Made by a program: the position numbers and the translations under genes. 64,000 nucleotides of DNA from positions 10,384 to 74,383 of the forward strand of contig JAPXRV010000006.1 of the NCBI GenBank assembly GCA_033813415.1, read 5' to 3'. Positions 60,482-64,000 of the stretch are shown in pieces (position 1 is the stretch's first letter; each line of letters starts with the position of its first letter). Source of the stretch: Opitutales bacterium. Its GTDB lineage: Bacteria; Verrucomicrobiota; Verrucomicrobiia; Opitutales; JAFGAQ01. The notes beneath the pieces were generated by a model. The model was not told the DNA's origin, searched no databases, and saw nothing but the letters and a program-made list of their open reading frames with translations.

Positions 60482-60489
60482 ATGAACCA

Positions 60490-60717
60490 ATGCCGATACT
60501 ACCTAAGGAACAACCGCTCCAATCAATTCCAAAACCGCTGACTAAGGAGGATATCGATAATATCTTCTCTGTCCTTCATTTGGAGTCAGAAAATCAACGA
60601 GAGCGATTCCGAGTCATGTCCGAGGACAACAAACGTTCGGAAGTAAAATCGACTACACTTTGGCTACCTGGAACACCTGATTTTCAACAAGAAAACCAAG
60701 GAGTATCCCATGCCTAA
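60490..60717 (+). CDS. Small hypothetical protein (75 aa), upstream partner of the Clp-fold protease
   Basis: Starts 8 nt after the hsdS stop and ends 8 nt inside the next ORF. An AAGGAG RBS for the next gene lies within its 3' end. No family recognised. Confidence 0.45.
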   Translation: MPILPKEQPLQSIPKPLTKEDIDNIFSVLHLESENQRERFRVMSEDNKRSEVKSTTLWLPGTPDFQQENQGVSHA

Positions 60718-61597
60718 TTGGAATGAGTTGCTCAACGAGGTGAAAGCACTTGGGAGTGCGCATGATGTGCTTAGGCGGAAGTATTTGAGGCAGCTACATG
60801 AGCTTACGACGCGCAATGTCATCGTCTACTGCAGCGGCTGGCTGCAAAAACAGGGCGTCTCTGGAGGCGGAATAAATGACGAAGATAAGAACGGATTCAT
60901 GAACGCAGTCAACGGACTGGATAGATCCCTAGGCTTAGATTTGGTGCTGCACACCCCTGGTGGTGAAACCGCAGCAACCGAATCTTTGGTCGATTACCTG
61001 AGGCAGATGTTTAATGGCAACATCCGAGCAATTGTTCCCCAACTTGCGATGTCGGGTGGAACGATGATATCGTGTGCTTGTAAGAGCATCTTGATGGGCA
61101 AGCAATCTAGCCTCGGTCCGGTTGATCCGCAGTTTAACGGAATTCCAGCTCATGGCGTTCTTGAGGAGTTCAATAGGGCTCGCGATGAGATACGAGTAGA
61201 CCCGTCAAAGATTCCTGTTTGGCAGCCAATCATCGCAAAATATTCCCCGGCCTTTATAGGCGAGTGCCAAAAGGCTGTCTCGTGGTCTGAAACACTTGTT
61301 CGAGAATGGTTAGCTACCGGAATGCTAGCCGAAGACGCAAAACGGGCCGAGAAGATTGAAAGGATTGTTGAAGAGCTGACTAACCATGCTCTGTCACTTT
61401 CCCATGCACGCCATTTGTCCCCTGCAACATGCGTAGAAATGGGATTGAAAGTCGATATGCTCGAAGACGACCAAAGACTGCAGGACGCGGTTCTGAGCCT
61501 GCACCACGCCTACATGCTGACCATGTCGCAAACGGCAGCATTCAAGATCATTGAGAACCACAAAGGGGCTGCGTTTATTAAGTCCGCTCAGGTTTAG
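60710..61597 (+). CDS. ClpP/crotonase-fold serine protease of the SDH ('serine dehydrogenase proteinase')/S49-like type
   Basis: NVIVYCSGW..., LDLVLHTPGGETAATESLVDYLRQMF and AIVPQLAMSGGTMISCACKSILMGKQSSLGPVDPQ. This matches my recollection of SDH-family Clp-fold proteinases. No signal peptide. Confidence 0.7.
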   Translation: MPNWNELLNEVKALGSAHDVLRRKYLRQLHELTTRNVIVYCSGWLQKQGVSGGGINDEDKNGFMNAVNGLDRSLGLDLVLHTPGGETAATESLVDYLRQMFNGNIRAIVPQLAMSGGTMISCACKSILMGKQSSLGPVDPQFNGIPAHGVLEEFNRARDEIRVDPSKIPVWQPIIAKYSPAFIGECQKAVSWSETLVREWLATGMLAEDAKRAEKIERIVEELTNHALSLSHARHLSPATCVEMGLKVDMLEDDQRLQDAVLSLHHAYMLTMSQTAAFKIIENHKGAAFIKSAQV

Positions 61598-61646
61598 GTC
61601 GTGCAGACGACAGGATAACACTATGACCCTCACCGAATCTATCATG

Positions 61647-61727
61647 AAAAGAGTGAAGCGTGAAACCGGAAGATTGAAAAATTCGGAGTCATTTCCTGTT
61701 TAACTCTTCACCCTTCACCCTTCCAAC
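61647..61727. repeat. 'gtgaag' family palindromic element, intergenic copy
   Basis: aaagagtgaagcgtgaaaccggaagattgaaaaattcgg / gagtcatttcctgtttaactcttcacccttcacccttccaacc. Confidence 0.75.
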
Positions 61728-61741
61728 CGTAGCTTGTCCCC

Positions 61742-63694
61742 ATGATCGACATCCAATCCATTGCTGATCTGGAACTTCTGCGAGAGTCCGTTGACCTTGA
61801 GTGTAAGCTTGCGGCTGGACGCGATGGCAGGGGAGCGTTGCCCGAGGATTTCTGGCCAACCTACAGTGCGTTTGCCAACACGGAAGGGGGAATCGTTCTG
61901 CTGGGCGTCAGGGAGAAACAGGGGCAGTTCATCGTCGAGGGTGTAGGGAACGTAGCCAAGGTGCGGAAGGAACTGTTCGATGCCCTGAACAACCGACAGA
62001 AGGTGAGCAGCAACCTGCTCACCGATTTGCAGGTGCGGGAAATCCAGCTCGAAGGTCGGTTGGTCATCGTGGTTGAAATCCCGCGGGCGACACGCAAACA
62101 ACGCCCCGTATATCTGACAACCAATCCGTTTGCTCAACACACCTTTCGTCGCCTGAACGATGGGGACCGTCCACTGCCTGACGACGAGGTCAAGCGGATG
62201 TTAGCGGAGCAAGTGGAAGACAGTCGGGATGATCGAATCCTGCGCGGCTATGACCTGGAGGACCTCGACCTGGCAACCTTTCGAGCCTATCGGCAGGTCT
62301 TCGCCAATCGTGACCCAAACCACCCTTGGAACGTGTTGCCTGACGGTGAGTTTTTGCGCCAAATCGGTGGCTGGCGCAAGGATCGCGAGACCGCTGAGAG
62401 CGGCATCACCCTTGCGGGATTACTCATGTTTGGTCAGATGGTTGCGATCCAGGAGGAGCTGCCAAACTACATGCTCGACTATCAGGAGCGAGCTGAGGTG
62501 AATACGGAGCGGCGCTGGGTGGATCGGCTGACTCTGGACGGGAAGTGGTCCGGTAATCTGTATGACTTTTACCGTAAGGTTTATCTGAAGCTGACGGGAG
62601 AGCTGAAGGTGCCGTTCTCGCTTGAGAGGGGGGAGCGAAAGGATGAAACACCGGTCCATGAAGCCCTTCGTGAAGCGTTGGCAAACACATTGGTGCATGC
62701 AGACTACTCGGATCGTGCTTCGGTGCTTGTTGTGAAACGCCCGGATATGTTCGGCTTCCGCAATCCAGGATTGATGCGCATTCCCGCTGACATAGCCATT
62801 CAAGGAGGCGAGCACGACTGTCGTAACCGGACCCTACACAAGATGTTTCGGTTTGTAGGTGTGGGTGAACAAGCAGGCTCCGGAATTCCCAAAATCTATC
62901 AAGGTTGGGCGAGTCAGCACTGGCGGGCTCCAGCCCTTTACGAGCGGATCGAACCCTACAATCAGACGCGCCTTGAGTTGCGGATGGTGGATTTGCTGCC
63001 AGCGGTAGTCGTGGCTGCTCTCCGGAAGGCGTTCGGAGCAAAATTTGATGCCCTCGGGCAGAATGAGCGACTTACTCTCGCTGCAGCAACTTCTGAACGG
63101 GTGGTGACTCATGCCCGCGTGCGGGAAATGACAGCACTGCATCCTTTTGACCTGACTCGGATGCTGCAAAACCTCGTTCGGGACGGTTTTCTGAAAACGC
63201 ATAATGCGGGGCGAGGGGCGGTCTATTGTTTACCTGGGGCCGCTCTACCCAAACCGGAAGAAGTGTTCGGAGTGGGCTCCGAACATTCCATGTCTACCTC
63301 CGCACATTTGACTGAAAGCTCCGCATATTTGGCGGAAGTATCGATGAACGACGAGCATCGAGATGCCAACGGTTGCCTGCTGGCTAATCAACTCGATGCG
63401 CCTGTGATCGATTCCTTGGAGAGACTGATTCCAGCCTATCGTGAGCAACTTGAAAAACTTGCGACCCAGCCAAGAACCAAAGGAAAGCTGCCTGTTGAGA
63501 CCATGAAGGCAGTGATTCTTGCCGTCTGCTCAGGCCACTACGTGACGCTGAGTTGCCTTGCCCAACTCGTGAACCGGGATCCGGATGCGCTCAGGCAGCA
63601 ATACCTTAAACCATTGGCGAAGGAAGGTGTGTTGCGATTGCCCTTTCCCACGGCTCCAACTCACGGCAAACAAGCTTATCGCACCGTTGATTGA
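61742..63694 (+). CDS. Schlafen/AlbA_2-type DNA-binding domain + HATPase_c_4-like domain + C-terminal wHTH protein
   Basis: ESVDLECKLAAGRDGRGALPEDFWPTYSAFANTEGGIVLLGVREK (AlbA_2 'divergent AAA' signature). Mid-region ALREALANTLVHADYS...GSGIPKIY. 650 aa. Confidence 0.8.
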   Translation: MIDIQSIADLELLRESVDLECKLAAGRDGRGALPEDFWPTYSAFANTEGGIVLLGVREKQGQFIVEGVGNVAKVRKELFDALNNRQKVSSNLLTDLQVREIQLEGRLVIVVEIPRATRKQRPVYLTTNPFAQHTFRRLNDGDRPLPDDEVKRMLAEQVEDSRDDRILRGYDLEDLDLATFRAYRQVFANRDPNHPWNVLPDGEFLRQIGGWRKDRETAESGITLAGLLMFGQMVAIQEELPNYMLDYQERAEVNTERRWVDRLTLDGKWSGNLYDFYRKVYLKLTGELKVPFSLERGERKDETPVHEALREALANTLVHADYSDRASVLVVKRPDMFGFRNPGLMRIPADIAIQGGEHDCRNRTLHKMFRFVGVGEQAGSGIPKIYQGWASQHWRAPALYERIEPYNQTRLELRMVDLLPAVVVAALRKAFGAKFDALGQNERLTLAAATSERVVTHARVREMTALHPFDLTRMLQNLVRDGFLKTHNAGRGAVYCLPGAALPKPEEVFGVGSEHSMSTSAHLTESSAYLAEVSMNDEHRDANGCLLANQLDAPVIDSLERLIPAYREQLEKLATQPRTKGKLPVETMKAVILAVCSGHYVTLSCLAQLVNRDPDALRQQYLKPLAKEGVLRLPFPTAPTHGKQAYRTVD

Positions 63695-63700
63695 TCAGCC

Positions 63701-64000
63701 ATGACCCTCACCGAATCCAACATCGAAGACGCTGCCCTGGAGTGGTTCAAGGAACTCGGCTACTCCATCGGGCATGGACCCCAGCTTGCACCGGGTGAGC
63801 ATGCCGGAGGCACCCTCACCCCGGGGGAGAGGGAGTCTTATGCGGATGTGGTGCTGGTGGGACGCTTGCGCAGTGCGATCCGGCGGCTGAATCCGGCCAT
63901 TCCCGAGGAGGCGCGGGAAGAGGCATTGAGAAAAGTGCTGCGGGTGGGGACGCCGGCGCTGGTGCAGACGAACCGCGCCTTTCATCGGATGCTGCGCGAC
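63701..64000 (+). CDS. hsdR: Type I restriction enzyme R subunit, N-terminal part (continues beyond window)
   Basis: MTLTESNIEDAALEWFKELGYSIGHGPQLAPGE...VVLVGRLRSAIRRLNPAIPEEAREEALRKV is a typical HsdR N-terminus. The frame is open to the end of the window, which is why the ORF track has no entry. Confidence 0.88.
   Translation, partial: MTLTESNIEDAALEWFKELGYSIGHGPQLAPGEHAGGTLTPGERESYADVVLVGRLRSAIRRLNPAIPEEAREEALRKVLRVGTPALVQTNRAFHRMLRD

Noticed and set aside
63811-63835. Fourth palindromic mini-element inside hsdR (caccctcaccccgggggagagggag)
   Set aside because: Only a half-element with a weak palindrome. This region of HsdR N-termini is naturally variable, so I mention it under the hsdM finding and do not call it a separate feature.

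Overview
This is a 64-kb bacterial chromosomal window of moderate-to-high GC. The protein flavour and short repeat 'words' suggest a PVC/Verrucomicrobia-like organism, but this is unverified. Housekeeping blocks cover about 1-29.8 kb and 39.9-50.9 kb. They include alr, a C-S lyase, sucCD, a giant propeller hybrid sensor kinase, tRNA-Gly(CCC), glmM, trpD, cobU, a U32 peptidase, a GH5-like hydrolase, dnaX, ispD, ndh, prfC, a CFA-synthase/DUF1365/FAD-oxidase lipid-modification operon and bcp. Two accessory islands interrupt them. Island 1 (about 29.8-39.8 kb) holds dense non-coding repeats, an ADP-ribosylglycohydrolase, Mrr, decayed toxin-antitoxin genes, and a 699-aa membrane protein bracketed by direct copies of a roughly 190-nt structured repeat. 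Island 2 (about 50.9-64 kb) holds orphan antitoxins and immunity-like genes, a hipB gene with a hipA remnant, and a type I R-M operon (hsdM-hsdS-hsdR). Four non-R-M genes are embedded in that operon, and it is peppered with two families of palindromic mini-elements, several inserted in-frame in hsdM and hsdS. Five leads stand out. (1) A translationally coupled 75-aa ORF plus Clp-fold serine protease pair sits between hsdS and hsdR and is a candidate undescribed R-M-linked defence module. (2) A Schlafen/AlbA_2-type gene is flanked by a 17-bp duplication of the hsdR start. (3) dnaX has an E. coli-like A AAA AAG slippery site and hairpin, arranged so that only a -1 shift gives the long (tau-like) product. 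(4) The in-frame palindromic insertions in the R-M genes. (5) The 190-nt structured repeat family. No CRISPR array, rRNA, integrase or transposase gene was seen.
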